Below are positions 8,734-18,894 of a stretch of 64,000 nt of DNA, piece after piece; the stretch's first letter is position 1, and the number at the start of each line of letters is the position of its first letter. Made by a program: the position numbers and the translations under genes. Source of the DNA: Myxococcales bacterium (lineage in GTDB: Bacteria; Myxococcota_A; Polyangia; Polyangiales; DASUME01); NCBI GenBank assembly GCA_047601445.1, contig JASGJH010000001.1, forward strand, positions 7,968,001 to 8,032,000. The letters run 5' to 3'. The notes beneath the pieces were generated by a model. The model was not told where the DNA came from. It made no database searches and was given only the letters and a program-made list of their open reading frames with translations.

Positions 8734-11154
8734 CTAGGGCGCGACGGAACCGAGCTGCTCCATCATGAACGTGCTCGGATCGACCACGTCAGGCGGCAAC
8801 GCCGTCTCCTTGGGGAGCGTTCCCTCGAGGAAGTACTCCTCCACCGCGTTCGGTTGTCCGTCGTAGGCCAGCTTGCCACTGGCGGGATCGATGCGCGCCA
8901 TGGCCACGCCGCTCGGCATCGGAAAGTCCTCCACAGGAGCTTTGTCGTGGGCCTTCTTCATCAGCTCGATCCAAATCGGCAGCGCGCTCTTGGCGCCGCT
9001 CTCCTTGGTCCCGAGCGGGCGATGGTCGTCGTAGCCCACCCACACACCCGCCACGAGCTGCGTGGTGAACCCGACGAACCAAGCGTCGCGCGCCTGGTTG
9101 CTGGTGCCCGTCTTGCCCGCCGCCGGGCGTCCGAGGCTCTTGGCCTTCACCGCAGTGCCCTCTTCGACCACGCTCTTCATGAGGCTGGTGGTCACGAACG
9201 CCTCCGCCGGCGTCAGCACGTCGCGCGCGGGCTCGGGGCGCGGCAGCTTCACGAGCTTGCCCTTGGCGTCCACGATGCGCTTCACCAGCGTCAGCGGTGC
9301 GTAGCGGCCACCCGCGGCGAAGCTGGCGTAGGCGTTGGTGAGCTCGGACAGGCGCACCTCGCTCGCGCCCAACGCCAAGGCCAGGCTCGGGTCGAGCGGC
9401 GTGGTGATGCCGAGCTGCCTCGCGAAGTCCACCACGGCTTGCGGTCCGAGCTCGTCCATCACACGCACCGCCACCGAGTTGATCGAGTTCGCCAGGCCAT
9501 GACGCAAGCGCACCGCGCCCTCGTAGGACCAGGTCTCGTAGTTGCCCGGCTTGTACTTGTCGTAAGCGCCCGGGGCGTCGAGCACCTGCGTGGCAGGCGT
9601 GAACTTGCGGGACTTGAGCCCCACCGCATAGACCACGGGCTTGAACGTGCTGCCGGGCTGGCGCAGCGCCTGGGTGGCCCGGTTGAAGCCCTGTACGACC
9701 TCGTAGCCCCCCACCATCGCGCGAATCTCACGGCTGCGCGGGTCGACCAGGATGGTGGCCCCCTCCGCACCCAGCGCGAGGCGGACCTCCGCGGGCTTGC
9801 CCTCGGGCAGTGCGCTCAGGCTGGCGCGCAGCTTGACCCCGGGCTTGGCGAACTCCGAAGCCGGCAGGCCCTTGGGGTTGAAGCGTCCGAGCTCGCTGAT
9901 GCTCGCGCGCGCGAGCACGCCCTCGAGGGAGAGCGCTAGATGCGCCTCGTCGGCCGCTCCGAGCACCACGGCGTCGTAGGTGGCGCCGGGTTTGAGTTCC
10001 TTGCGGTGCGGATGATCCCAGCTGCTCTCCGCGGTCAACGCCTTGAGCGCCTTCTCGGGCAACAGATTTCCCTCGAGCGGCGCCACGTTGTGATGTCGAG
10101 CATCGAGATCGCGCAGGCCCGAGCGTAGCGCGTCGCGCGCAGTCTCCTCGAGCGCCAGGTCCAGCGTGGTCGTCACCGTGTAGCCACCCAGATCGGCTGC
10201 CTCTTTACCCACCGCATCGATCAACGCTTGCTTGGCCAGTTGCGCGACCTCGGGGGCTCGCGGTGCGAGCTCGGAAAGTGGCGCCAGTGCAGGCTCCGCC
10301 AGCTTGGCCTTCTCGATCTCCGAGCGCGGCAGATCCTCCCAGTACAGGTCGTGTTTGCTCTCGAGCTGCGAGAGTACGAACATCTGACGTCGACGCGCCG
10401 CTTCGGGATGGGTGCGCGGTGACAGGTAGGTCGGAGACTGCGGGATGCCGGCGATCAGCGAGGCTTCGGAGAGGTTCAGCTGCGACACGTCCTTGCCGAA
10501 GTAGAAGCGCGCCGCTTCCTGTACTCCGTAGCGCCCGTGACCGAAGTTGATGTGGTTCAAGTACAGAAAGAGGATCTCGTCCTTCTTGAGCTCCTGCTCC
10601 AGTTTGCGCGCCAAGATCAGCTCGCGGACCTTACGCGCCAAGGTGCGCTCGGGCGTCAACAACAGGTTCTTCACGACCTGCTGCGTGATGGTGCTGCCCC
10701 CCTGGGTGGCCTTGCCGCGCACCACTGCCTTGAACAGGATGCGCACCAGGCTCGGCAAATCCATGCCGCCGTGGTGGTAGAAGTCTGCGTCTTCGGCGGC
10801 CAGCACGCTGAGCACGAGCACGCGCGGGATCTTCGACATGGGCACCACCGTGCGTCGCTCGCTGAAGATCTCGGCGATCAAGGCACCCTGTCGATCGACC
10901 ACGCGCGTGGTCTGGGCCGGCTGATAGTTGCGCAGCGCATCGGCGCTCGGCAGGTCGCGTCCGAAGTACCACAGCATGAAGGCGAGCCCCACACCGGCGA
11001 GGCTGGTGAGGAACACGGTCGCGGCCAGGATGCCCAGCACCACGCGTTGCCAGGTTGGGCGCGGCGCGCGCTTCTTGCCCGCGCTCACTCGCCCCGAGGC
11101 GGTGGTGGCTGACTTGGCTTTCTTCCCGGTGCTCGACTTCGGCATCGACGCCAC
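8734..11154 (-). CDS. mrcA: Class A penicillin-binding protein 1A
   Basis: Transglycosylase EDADFYHH, GGSTITQQ, RKVRE; transpeptidase STFK, SIN, KTG. Confidence 0.93.
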   Translation of the reverse strand: MASMPKSSTGKKAKSATTASGRVSAGKKRAPRPTWQRVVLGILAATVFLTSLAGVGLAFMLWYFGRDLPSADALRNYQPAQTTRVVDRQGALIAEIFSERRTVVPMSKIPRVLVLSVLAAEDADFYHHGGMDLPSLVRILFKAVVRGKATQGGSTITQQVVKNLLLTPERTLARKVRELILARKLEQELKKDEILFLYLNHINFGHGRYGVQEAARFYFGKDVSQLNLSEASLIAGIPQSPTYLSPRTHPEAARRRQMFVLSQLESKHDLYWEDLPRSEIEKAKLAEPALAPLSELAPRAPEVAQLAKQALIDAVGKEAADLGGYTVTTTLDLALEETARDALRSGLRDLDARHHNVAPLEGNLLPEKALKALTAESSWDHPHRKELKPGATYDAVVLGAADEAHLALSLEGVLARASISELGRFNPKGLPASEFAKPGVKLRASLSALPEGKPAEVRLALGAEGATILVDPRSREIRAMVGGYEVVQGFNRATQALRQPGSTFKPVVYAVGLKSRKFTPATQVLDAPGAYDKYKPGNYETWSYEGAVRLRHGLANSINSVAVRVMDELGPQAVVDFARQLGITTPLDPSLALALGASEVRLSELTNAYASFAAGGRYAPLTLVKRIVDAKGKLVKLPRPEPARDVLTPAEAFVTTSLMKSVVEEGTAVKAKSLGRPAAGKTGTSNQARDAWFVGFTTQLVAGVWVGYDDHRPLGTKESGAKSALPIWIELMKKAHDKAPVEDFPMPSGVAMARIDPASGKLAYDGQPNAVEEYFLEGTLPKETALPPDVVDPSTFMMEQLGSVAP

Positions 11155-11247
11155 ACAGGATACCCCGAGCCCCCGCCTTCAGCCGAGTTCAGGACGCGAA
11201 TTTTGATCCCCGTTCACGGTTCGTATGACCCTTGAATCAAGGTACTT

Positions 11248-11332
11248 CGTGAGCGCAGCGAACCTCGCGGCGGGGTGGGACCCACAGTACGGCTTTGCCG
11301 CGCTGGGCGGGGAGGGCGCGTGCTCTCCCCGT
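11248..11332 (+). repeat. REP-like repeat, copy B
   Basis: CGTGAGCGCAGCGAACCTCGCGG...CGGCTTTGCCG...CGGGGAGGGC-GCGT-GCTCTCCCCG, abutting the stop of the gene ending at 11335. Confidence 0.88.
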
Positions 11333-11334
11333 TG

Positions 11335-11856
11335 TCAACGCACGCTGACGCCGACGATGAGCGTACCGCCCTCGTGCTTCTGGCCGGCCACGAAGAAGGG
11401 ATCGCCGGGGGCCGCCACCACCGTCATCACCGGTAAGTAGTCCTGCTGGCCGGGCTTGTTAATGGAGACGCTCACGCGATAACCGCCGCTTGGGCTGCGT
11501 TCCAGCACCGAGAGCTTGAGCTTGCGCCCGTTGGGCAGCTCCACTTCCTGGGAGGACCCGATGCCGATCGTGAGGTCGACCTTCTTGAGCAGCGCTTTCT
11601 TGGGAAATGCGTCGAAGGGCGCCTTCTTGAGGGCCTCGATCTTCTCGAGCTCGGGCGATACCCCCGAGCCTTCGGTATGACCCAAGATGATGGTGACCTC
11701 TGCCCGCGCGGCAGCGGGCTGGGCCGGCGGCGCATCGGCGTGCGCGAGGCTGCCCGGTACCGCCGAACTCAGGGCGAGCAGCAGCGTACTGGCGATCAAA
11801 GCGCGCCGCGAGAGCACGGTCGGCAGCAACGGTGCAGAGTGGCGGGCTCCAATCAC
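11335..11856 (-). CDS. Hypothetical exported protein in the ECF operon (possible Tat signal)
   Basis: GTG 11856 overlaps the anti-sigma stop (GTGA); SRRALI followed by a hydrophobic stretch and AHA cleavage motif. Confidence 0.7.
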   Translation of the reverse strand: MIGARHSAPLLPTVLSRRALIASTLLLALSSAVPGSLAHADAPPAQPAAARAEVTIILGHTEGSGVSPELEKIEALKKAPFDAFPKKALLKKVDLTIGIGSSQEVELPNGRKLKLSVLERSPSGGYRVSVSINKPGQQDYLPVMTVVAAPGDPFFVAGQKHEGGTLIVGVSVR

Positions 11857-12440
11857 TGGGGCTCCTCCTCTTCGTCGTCCGCGATCCATACCACGGCCGT
11901 GGCCACCCCTTCGCTGTCGATCTCGAACACGGTGCCCGTGCTGTTGCCGAAGTCCACGTTCTCCACACGCGTGCCGTGCAAGCTAGGCGCGCTCGGTGCT
12001 TCCTCGTTCGGGCCGAGCTCCGCCACGCGGGTTCTCTCGCGCTTCTGGGCCGAGCGCGCAGTCTCGTCGTCGCTACCGCTCGGGTTGAGCGCGAAGATGG
12101 CCACTGCGGCGGCCGCGGCCACGGCCGCGAGCGGCAGGAGCAGGCGGCGCTGACTCGATGCCCACTCGCCAGCGACCACGCGCAACCGAGCTCCGGTGCC
12201 CTGCGCGTCGTCGGTTCGAATCTGCTGCTCGATGTTGGCGAACATGGCGTCCGAGTCCAGGCCACTCGCTGCGTCCTCGGCGGCGATCTTGAACAGGGCG
12301 CTCAGCCGCTCCAGCTCCCGCAGACGCTTCTGCGCCGACGGGTCCTGGGCGATCCGCGATTGCACGGCGCGCTCTTCGACGGGCGACAGGTCGCCGTCGT
12401 AGAAGCGTTGCAGGGTCTCGTCATCAAGCTCTATCGACAT
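11853..12440 (-). CDS. Putative membrane anti-sigma factor
   Basis: LQRFYDGDLS anti-sigma-like N-terminus, one TM helix, directly downstream of the ECF sigma. Confidence 0.75.
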   Translation of the reverse strand: MSIELDDETLQRFYDGDLSPVEERAVQSRIAQDPSAQKRLRELERLSALFKIAAEDAASGLDSDAMFANIEQQIRTDDAQGTGARLRVVAGEWASSQRRLLLPLAAVAAAAAVAIFALNPSGSDDETARSAQKRERTRVAELGPNEEAPSAPSLHGTRVENVDFGNSTGTVFEIDSEGVATAVVWIADDEEEEPQ

Positions 12441-13152
12441 CTTGCTCGTCTTCGTGCTGGTCGTCCTGGGGCTTGAGCTCGCCTTCCACGTAGTCGGCGA
12501 GGGCGGTCTGCATCTTGCGGCGCGCGTGGAACAGACGACTCATGATCGTCCCCTTCGGCACCTTCATGATCTGCGCGATCTCTTCGTAGCTCAAGCCCTC
12601 GACCTCACGCAGCAGGATGCACTGTCGGTGGATCTCGGGGAGCGTGCCCAGGGCGCCCTGGATCTTGCTCGCGAGCTCCTTGCGTGAGTGGGTCTTGCCC
12701 GGGTCGGAGTTGGTGAGCACCGGGGCCAGGTTCATCGGGTCTTCGATCTCGTCGTCGCGCTTGAGCGACTCGTCGAAGTCCACTTGGCGGGCCACCTTCT
12801 TGCGCCGCAGATGGTCGATCGCAAGGTTCATGGTGATCCTGTAGAGCCAGGTGTAGAAGCTCGAGGCTCCCTGGAAGGTCGCCAGGTGGCGGTGGACCTT
12901 GACGAAGGCCTCCTGCACCACGTCATGGGCATCCGAGGGGTTCTTGACCACGCCAAGTGCGACCGCGAACACTCTGCGGTGGTACTTGTCGAAGAGCTGG
13001 CGAAACGCCGTGCGGTCTCCCTGCTGAGCTCGTCGCACGAGGGTGAGATCATCATCGCCGGCTGCCGTGTTCGCACCTTGCTCGGACGAGGCGCCAAGCG
13101 GGCCATTCACCGCCGTCGCTCCCTGCGCGTCCTTGGATCCCGCCCCACTCAT
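12424..13152 (-). CDS. ECF sigma-70 factor (RpoE-like)
   Basis: [39 protein letters not shown]; likely start ATG 13152. Confidence 0.93.
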   Translation of the reverse strand: MSGAGSKDAQGATAVNGPLGASSEQGANTAAGDDDLTLVRRAQQGDRTAFRQLFDKYHRRVFAVALGVVKNPSDAHDVVQEAFVKVHRHLATFQGASSFYTWLYRITMNLAIDHLRRKKVARQVDFDESLKRDDEIEDPMNLAPVLTNSDPGKTHSRKELASKIQGALGTLPEIHRQCILLREVEGLSYEEIAQIMKVPKGTIMSRLFHARRKMQTALADYVEGELKPQDDQHEDEQDVDRA

Positions 13153-13268
13153 TTGGCTTCCCGTTGTAGCACGATGCCTATCGAAACCTGCGCAAGGAAC
13201 CAACTTTGCCACGCTCGGTGTGCCGGCCCACCCCGGCCCGGAGCAGGCTGCTAGAGTGCGCCCGACCC

Positions 13269-15683
13269 ATGCTTGATCTGTCGCGGTTAAACCCTCCTCA
13301 GCGTGCTGCTGTCCTGCACGGCGACGGCCCCCTGGTGGTCTTCGCAGGAGCCGGCAGCGGCAAAACACGGGTGATCACCTATCGGATCGCGCACCTGGTG
13401 GGAGAACGAGACGTCCCCGCCGACCGCATCCTGGCGGTCACCTTCACGAACAAGGCTGCCGGAGAGATGCGCGCACGCATCGCCAGCATCCTCTCCGGGC
13501 CCACCAACCCCTGGATTGGGACCTTCCATTCGATCTGCTCCCGATTGCTGCGGCGCTATGCGGGCGAGCTGGGTATCAACCCACAGTTTGTTATCTACGA
13601 TGATACAGATCAGAAGGCGATGCTCACGCGGGTCCTGCGCGACCTCGACATCGATGAGCGCCGCTTTCCGCCCCGCGAGATGGCGCGCTTCATCGAACAG
13701 CAGAAGCAGAAGCTCGTGAAGCCCGAGGAGGTCAGCGTGCGGGCGGCCCACGAGGAGGTCGCCCAGCGCGTCTACGCGACCTACGAGGAGCGCATGCAGC
13801 AGTCGGGGGCACTCGACTTCAACGACTTGCTGGTGCGCATGGTCTACGGCCTACGCAGCAACGAGGTCGTGCGCTTCGATCTGCAGCGCAAGTGGCACTA
13901 CATCCTGGTGGACGAGTTTCAGGACACCAACCTGGTGCAGCTCGAGCTCGTCCGCCTGTTGTCGGAGAAGTACCGCAATTTGTGCGTGGTGGGCGACGAC
14001 GATCAGTCCATTTACAAGTGGCGCGGCGCCGATCGACGCAACATCCTCGATTTCCAGCGCTCCTTCCCGGACGCTGCGGTGGTCAAGCTCGAGCAGAACT
14101 ACCGTTCCTCGGCGCACATCCTGGCGGCCGCGATGGCCGTCATCAGCAAGAACAGCGAGCGCGAACCGAAGAACCTGTTCACGGAGAACCCGCCCGGGGC
14201 CAAGGTGCGCCTGATCACCTGCGCCGACGAGCGCGACGAAGCGCGCGCCATCACCGAGGCCGTGCGTAGCCTGCGCGATCACGGCATCTCGCTTTCGAAG
14301 ATGGCCATCTTCTACCGAACTCACGCCCAGAGTCGCGTGCTCGAAGAAGAGATGCGCGCCTCGAACTTGCCGTACCGCGTGGTCGGGGGACAGCGTTTCT
14401 ACGAGCGCGCCGAGGTGAAGGACGTGCTCGCCTACCTGCGCGTCCTGGTGAACCCGCAGGACGACGTGAGCCTGCTGCGCATCATCAACACGCCGACGCG
14501 TGGCATCGGCAAGACGACCATCGACAAACTGCTCGACCTGTCGGCGCAAGCCGGGCAACCCGTGTGGAATACGCTGGTGGATCCGGGCACCATCGACGGC
14601 TTCCCCAAGGCAGCCTCGAGCAAGCTCGCGGCGTTCGTGGGATTGATCCGCGGGCTCACCGACAAGGTGGTTTCCGGGATGGGACCGGCGTCGGTGGTCG
14701 ACGCGGTGCTCGAGGAGACGGGCTACTTGACGCTGCTGCGCGCGGAGGACAACGCCGAGGCCGACGGGCGCATCGAGAACATCGAAGAGCTCGTGGCCTC
14801 GATGCGGGAGTTCGAGAACGAAGCCGAAATCGCGACCCTGGCGCAATACCTCGAGCTCATCACGCTGCAGACCAACGCCGACGAGATCGACGCCAGCGAG
14901 AAGCTGACCTTGATGACGGTGCACGCCGCCAAGGGCCTCGAGTTCCCGGTGGTGTGGGTGGCCGGCCTCGAAGAGCGCATTTTCCCCCTCTCGCGCGAGC
15001 AGAGCCTGAGCAATGCGGATCTGGAGGAGGAGCGGCGGCTCGCCTACGTGGCGTTCACGCGCGCGGAGCAGCGGTTGTTCTTGAGCTACGCGTGCGCGCG
15101 GCGCTTGCACGGCGACATGCTCCTCGGCATCCCTTCGCGCTTCCTGGACGAGATTCCTGGCGAGCATCTGGAGCTCGTGTCCCGCGTCGAGCGCCATCGC
15201 AGCTACGGTGTGCAGCAAGTGCAGTACGGGCGCCTCTCGACCTACGACGAGGGCAGCTCACGCACCGAATACGACGAGCAGCCCAAGGCCCGCCCGCGCA
15301 GCAGCGACGCGCGCTTCCAGATTCCGGACGTCGAGGTCTCCAGGCCGGCCCCGTCCCCGCAGCAGTTCAGTCGGGCTCGGCCCCAGTTCACGCGCAGCGC
15401 CCCGCGTCCTGCGGCGTCCCAGCGAAGTGCGCCCCAGGCGGCTTTCACGGGCGTGCGCGGCGGTGGCTCGAGCCCCGAGCGAGCCCGCGGCGAGTCCTAC
15501 GTGGATCGCTCGGACGGCGACGGCGGCGGCGGGGAGCTCGCCAGCGGCATGCACGTGCGCCACGCCAAGTACGGCGAAGGCGAGGTGCTGAGCGTGGAGG
15601 CTGGGCGTCCGCCCAAGGTCACCGTGCGGTTCGCAGGCTGGGGCGTGAAGCAGATTTTGGCGAGCTACCTGGAGCCCGGCTGA
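13269..15683 (+). CDS. uvrD: UvrD/PcrA DNA helicase with C-terminal Tudor-like domain
   Basis: AGAGSGKT, DEFQDTN, VGDDDQSIYKWRG, HAAKGLEF, EERRLAYVAFTRA; C-terminal GMHVRHAKYGEGEV. Confidence 0.93.
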   Translation: MLDLSRLNPPQRAAVLHGDGPLVVFAGAGSGKTRVITYRIAHLVGERDVPADRILAVTFTNKAAGEMRARIASILSGPTNPWIGTFHSICSRLLRRYAGELGINPQFVIYDDTDQKAMLTRVLRDLDIDERRFPPREMARFIEQQKQKLVKPEEVSVRAAHEEVAQRVYATYEERMQQSGALDFNDLLVRMVYGLRSNEVVRFDLQRKWHYILVDEFQDTNLVQLELVRLLSEKYRNLCVVGDDDQSIYKWRGADRRNILDFQRSFPDAAVVKLEQNYRSSAHILAAAMAVISKNSEREPKNLFTENPPGAKVRLITCADERDEARAITEAVRSLRDHGISLSKMAIFYRTHAQSRVLEEEMRASNLPYRVVGGQRFYERAEVKDVLAYLRVLVNPQDDVSLLRIINTPTRGIGKTTIDKLLDLSAQAGQPVWNTLVDPGTIDGFPKAASSKLAAFVGLIRGLTDKVVSGMGPASVVDAVLEETGYLTLLRAEDNAEADGRIENIEELVASMREFENEAEIATLAQYLELITLQTNADEIDASEKLTLMTVHAAKGLEFPVVWVAGLEERIFPLSREQSLSNADLEEERRLAYVAFTRAEQRLFLSYACARRLHGDMLLGIPSRFLDEIPGEHLELVSRVERHRSYGVQQVQYGRLSTYDEGSSRTEYDEQPKARPRSSDARFQIPDVEVSRPAPSPQQFSRARPQFTRSAPRPAASQRSAPQAAFTGVRGGGSSPERARGESYVDRSDGDGGGGELASGMHVRHAKYGEGEVLSVEAGRPPKVTVRFAGWGVKQILASYLEPG

Positions 15684-15684
15684 A

Positions 15685-15948
15685 TCATTCGTCCGAGCTG
15701 CTCTTGGTGGACTTGGACTCCGACTTGGATTCGCCCGAGTCGCTCTTCTTGCTGCTGCCCTTGCTGGTGCTGCCGTAGCCGTCGGCGTACCAGCCGCCGC
15801 CCTTGAGCATGAAGTTCCCGCCCGAGATCAGGCGCTTGGCCTTGAGTTTGCCGCACTTGGGGCACTTCTTGACCGGGTTCTCGCTGATGCGTTGCTCGAG
15901 TTCCCAGGTCTTTCCGCAGGCTTCGCAACCGTATTCGTACGTCGGCAT
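15685..15948 (-). CDS. FmdB-family zinc-ribbon protein
   Basis: MPTYEYGCEACG...CPKCG...LKGGGWYADGY with Ser/Lys tail. Confidence 0.9.
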   Translation of the reverse strand: MPTYEYGCEACGKTWELEQRISENPVKKCPKCGKLKAKRLISGGNFMLKGGGWYADGYGSTSKGSSKKSDSGESKSESKSTKSSSDE

Positions 15949-15965
15949 TCGTGACTCCGAGCGGA

Positions 15966-15993
15966 GATTTAAGGCCGCTCGAGGGCATGTCAA
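15966..15993 (-). promoter_or_regulatory. Candidate sigma70 promoter for the FmdB-family gene
   Basis: Minus strand TTGACA-N16-TAAATC shortly upstream of ATG 15948. Confidence 0.4.
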
Positions 15994-16115
15994 GACGCAC
16001 ACAATTGGCGATTCTTCCGTCCCTTCAAAGCCGGACGCCCGTGTCCGACGCGGGAGATCGCGTACGGGCACGGGCGCGGGCACGTTTACGGGGAGCCCTG
16101 AGGGGGCCCGTCCGG

Positions 16116-18117
16116 TCACTTGGCCTTGAGGGCCCCGTCGATCACTTCCTTGAAGCGCTCCACGGGCTGGGCGCCCTGCAGCAGCTTGCCATTGATGAAG
16201 AACGAGGGCGTTCCGATGCGCGCCCCCGCCTTTTCGACAGCCTCGATGTCCGCCTTCACGCGGGCTTCGTGGGTGTGGTTGTCGAGCGCAGCCTTGAACT
16301 TGGCCATGTTGATGCCGCCGACCTGCTCGGCGTACTTCTCGAGGTCCTCACGCGTGAGCGCGCGCTGGTTGGCGAAGAGGATGTCGTGGAAGGCCCAGAA
16401 CTTGTCGGAGCCGCCCTGCTCGTAGACTTCGATCGCCGCCTCGGCAGCCGGCTGGGCTTCCTTGTGGAAAGGCAGCGGGTAGTTGCGCCAGACGATCTTG
16501 ATCTTGTCCTTGTACTCGTCCATCAGCTGCTTGACGGTGGGGTTCACGCGTCCGCAGAAGGGGCACTGGAAGTCGCTGAACTCCTGGATCACGACCTTGG
16601 CGGCCTTGCCGCCCTTGAAGGGCGCGTCCTTGGCGGCCGCGATCTCGTAGATTCTTGTTCTCATCGGGGGCACCAGCTGCAGCGGGAGCGGCGGCGGGCT
16701 TGGTGGCGCCGTCCTTGATGATCTCTTCGTAGAGCTTGGCCTTGGACGTGCCGGACTCCACCTTGGCCTTGGCCTTGGCGAGCTCCTCGTCGATCAGCTT
16801 CTCGAATGCGGGCTTGGGCTGGGCGCCGCGCAGGCTGCGGCCGTTGATGAAGAACGAGGGCGTGCCGGAGGCACCGAGACCGCGCGCGAGCGCCTGGCTC
16901 TCTTCGATCTTCGCCTTGTAGGTGCTGTTGTCGAGGGCCGTGGCGACCTTCTTGGCGTTGAGGCCGAGCTGCTTGGCGTAGTTTTCAAGATCGGCGCGCG
17001 TGAGGGCGCGCTGGTTGGTGAACAGGAGGTCGTGGGCTTCCCAGAACTTCTTGGAGCCCCCCTCGGCGAATGCCTCTTGAGCGAGCTGAGCGGCGGGGCC
17101 GGCGTCGTTGTGGAAGGGGAGGGGGTTGTCCTTCCAGATCACGCGCAGGTCGTTGCCGTACTTCTGGACGAGCTCGGTCACGGTGGGCTCCACGCGCGAG
17201 CAGAACGGGCACTGGTAATCGCTGAAGATCACCATGGTGACGAGGGCGTCGGCGGGCCCCTTCGAGGGATCCTTGTCGTTGACGGGGACCTTGTACACGG
17301 TCTTGTCATCAGCAGGCGGCTGGGCAGGACGGTCGGCAGCGGCAGCGGCCTTGGCCTTGGCGTTGGCCATCAGCGTGGCGTAGAGGCTCGCGGCGGGCAC
17401 GCCCTTGGCCTTGAGCTTGTCGGCGCGCTTGATCTCGTCGTCGATGATCTCCTTGAACTTCTCCACGGGCTGGGCGCCGCGCAGCGGACGGCCGTTGATG
17501 AAGAAGGAGGGGGTGCCGCGAGCGCCCACGTCGGCGGCCAGTGCCTGGTCGGCCGCGATGGACTTCTCGTGCTTCTTGCTGTCGAGAGCAGCCTTGAACT
17601 TGTTCATGTCGAGCCCGAGTTCCTGGGCGTACTTCTCGAGGTCGGGACGCGTGAGCGCCGAGCGATTCTCGAAGAGCTTGTCGTGCATGGCCCAGAACTT
17701 GGGAGCCTTGCCCTGATCGAAGGCTTCCATGGCAGCCTGGGCGGCGGGCCCGGCGTTCTGGTGGAAGGGGAGGGGCTGGTTGCGCCATACGACGCGCACC
17801 TTCTTGCCGTAGTCCTTCTCGATCTGAGCGAGCGTGGGACCCACGCGACCGCAGAAGGGGCACTCGAAGTCGCTGAACTCCACGATGGTCACGAGCGCGT
17901 CGCTCGGGCCCTTCTGGGGCTGCGCGGCCGTGACGGGCACCTTGAAGCGCTCCGGTGCGTCCTCTTCCTGGACGCCAGCAACGGCGCCCGCGCCCTCGGC
18001 CTGTTCGGCACTCACGTCGGCGATTTCGCCGCCGCCCTTATTCGCCGTCACTTGACCGAGTACAAACCCGATCACCGCGGCGATGATAGTCATCACGATG
18101 GCTGATCCCTTACTCAT
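16116..18117 (-). CDS. DsbA-family protein with three thioredoxin domains (~666 aa); apparent +1 frameshift near 16652
   Basis: N-terminal TM anchor, three CPFC motifs each with GTPSFFING; removing one base joins the frames as PDENK-IYEI. Confidence 0.88.
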
Positions 18118-18342
18118 ATTCTCTCCTCAGGCCACGGCCTAAGCCGTGGCGCTCTGAAACCACAGTTCGATGTCGAAATGGCGAATTGTCGGGGCCGGTT
18201 GAGCCTCGGACCTCAGCTCTCCGCAGCGGGGCAGGCCGGCGGCGGACGGAGGGCGGATCGCAGCTGCGATCGCAACCTCACGGGCGAGTTCCGAAGACGC
18301 ACGAGTCGACGCGCTGACATGCGCGCGACGCAGCGACCGGCT

Positions 18343-18798
18343 TCAGGCGCGGGGTGGGCGCTCGAGGCGTGTCGGGTCGAGCGAGCGCGGGCGATCGACG
18401 GGGGCGGGGCGCTGCCAACTGGGCAGCGTCCAGGCGAGCCGCTCGGGCATGGGGAGCGCGAGGCTCCACAGCGCGAGCGGGGCGGTGTCCCCGAGTTCGA
18501 TATGGCCCGACGCAGGAAGCGCCGGCAGGCAAAGGGGTGAGCTGGGATCGGCACACCACAGGAGCTCAGCGCCGCTGAGGGGACCCTCGTCGCGGGCACA
18601 GCTCATCAGGGTGGTCTGGCTGCGCTCGAGGTCCCGCAGACTCAACGGGGTGGAGCCTTCACGCACGCCCGCGAAACCGAGGCACGCGATCACGGTCGTG
18701 AGGATCAGCGTTGCCCCCAGCAACGAGATCATCACGCTTGCAGGCGAGCTCGCCCACTTGGACCTGTTCGTGGAAGTAACCATCGAACTGTGCGGCAT
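18343..18798 (-). CDS. Hypothetical protein with N-terminal TM segment and C-terminal ERPPRA (DUF2946-like layout)
   Basis: Hydrophobic segment, Cys pair WCADPSSPLC, Pro-rich end; same strand as and upstream of dsbA. Confidence 0.6.
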   Translation of the reverse strand: MPHSSMVTSTNRSKWASSPASVMISLLGATLILTTVIACLGFAGVREGSTPLSLRDLERSQTTLMSCARDEGPLSGAELLWCADPSSPLCLPALPASGHIELGDTAPLALWSLALPMPERLAWTLPSWQRPAPVDRPRSLDPTRLERPPRA

Positions 18799-18894
18799 TC
18801 TACACCCGAGGTGCCCCGTAGCAACAATCCAGAAATGGACCGTCTGGCACCCAACGCTCGATTCGGCCGCCCTATTCCGAACGGCCGATCAGCT

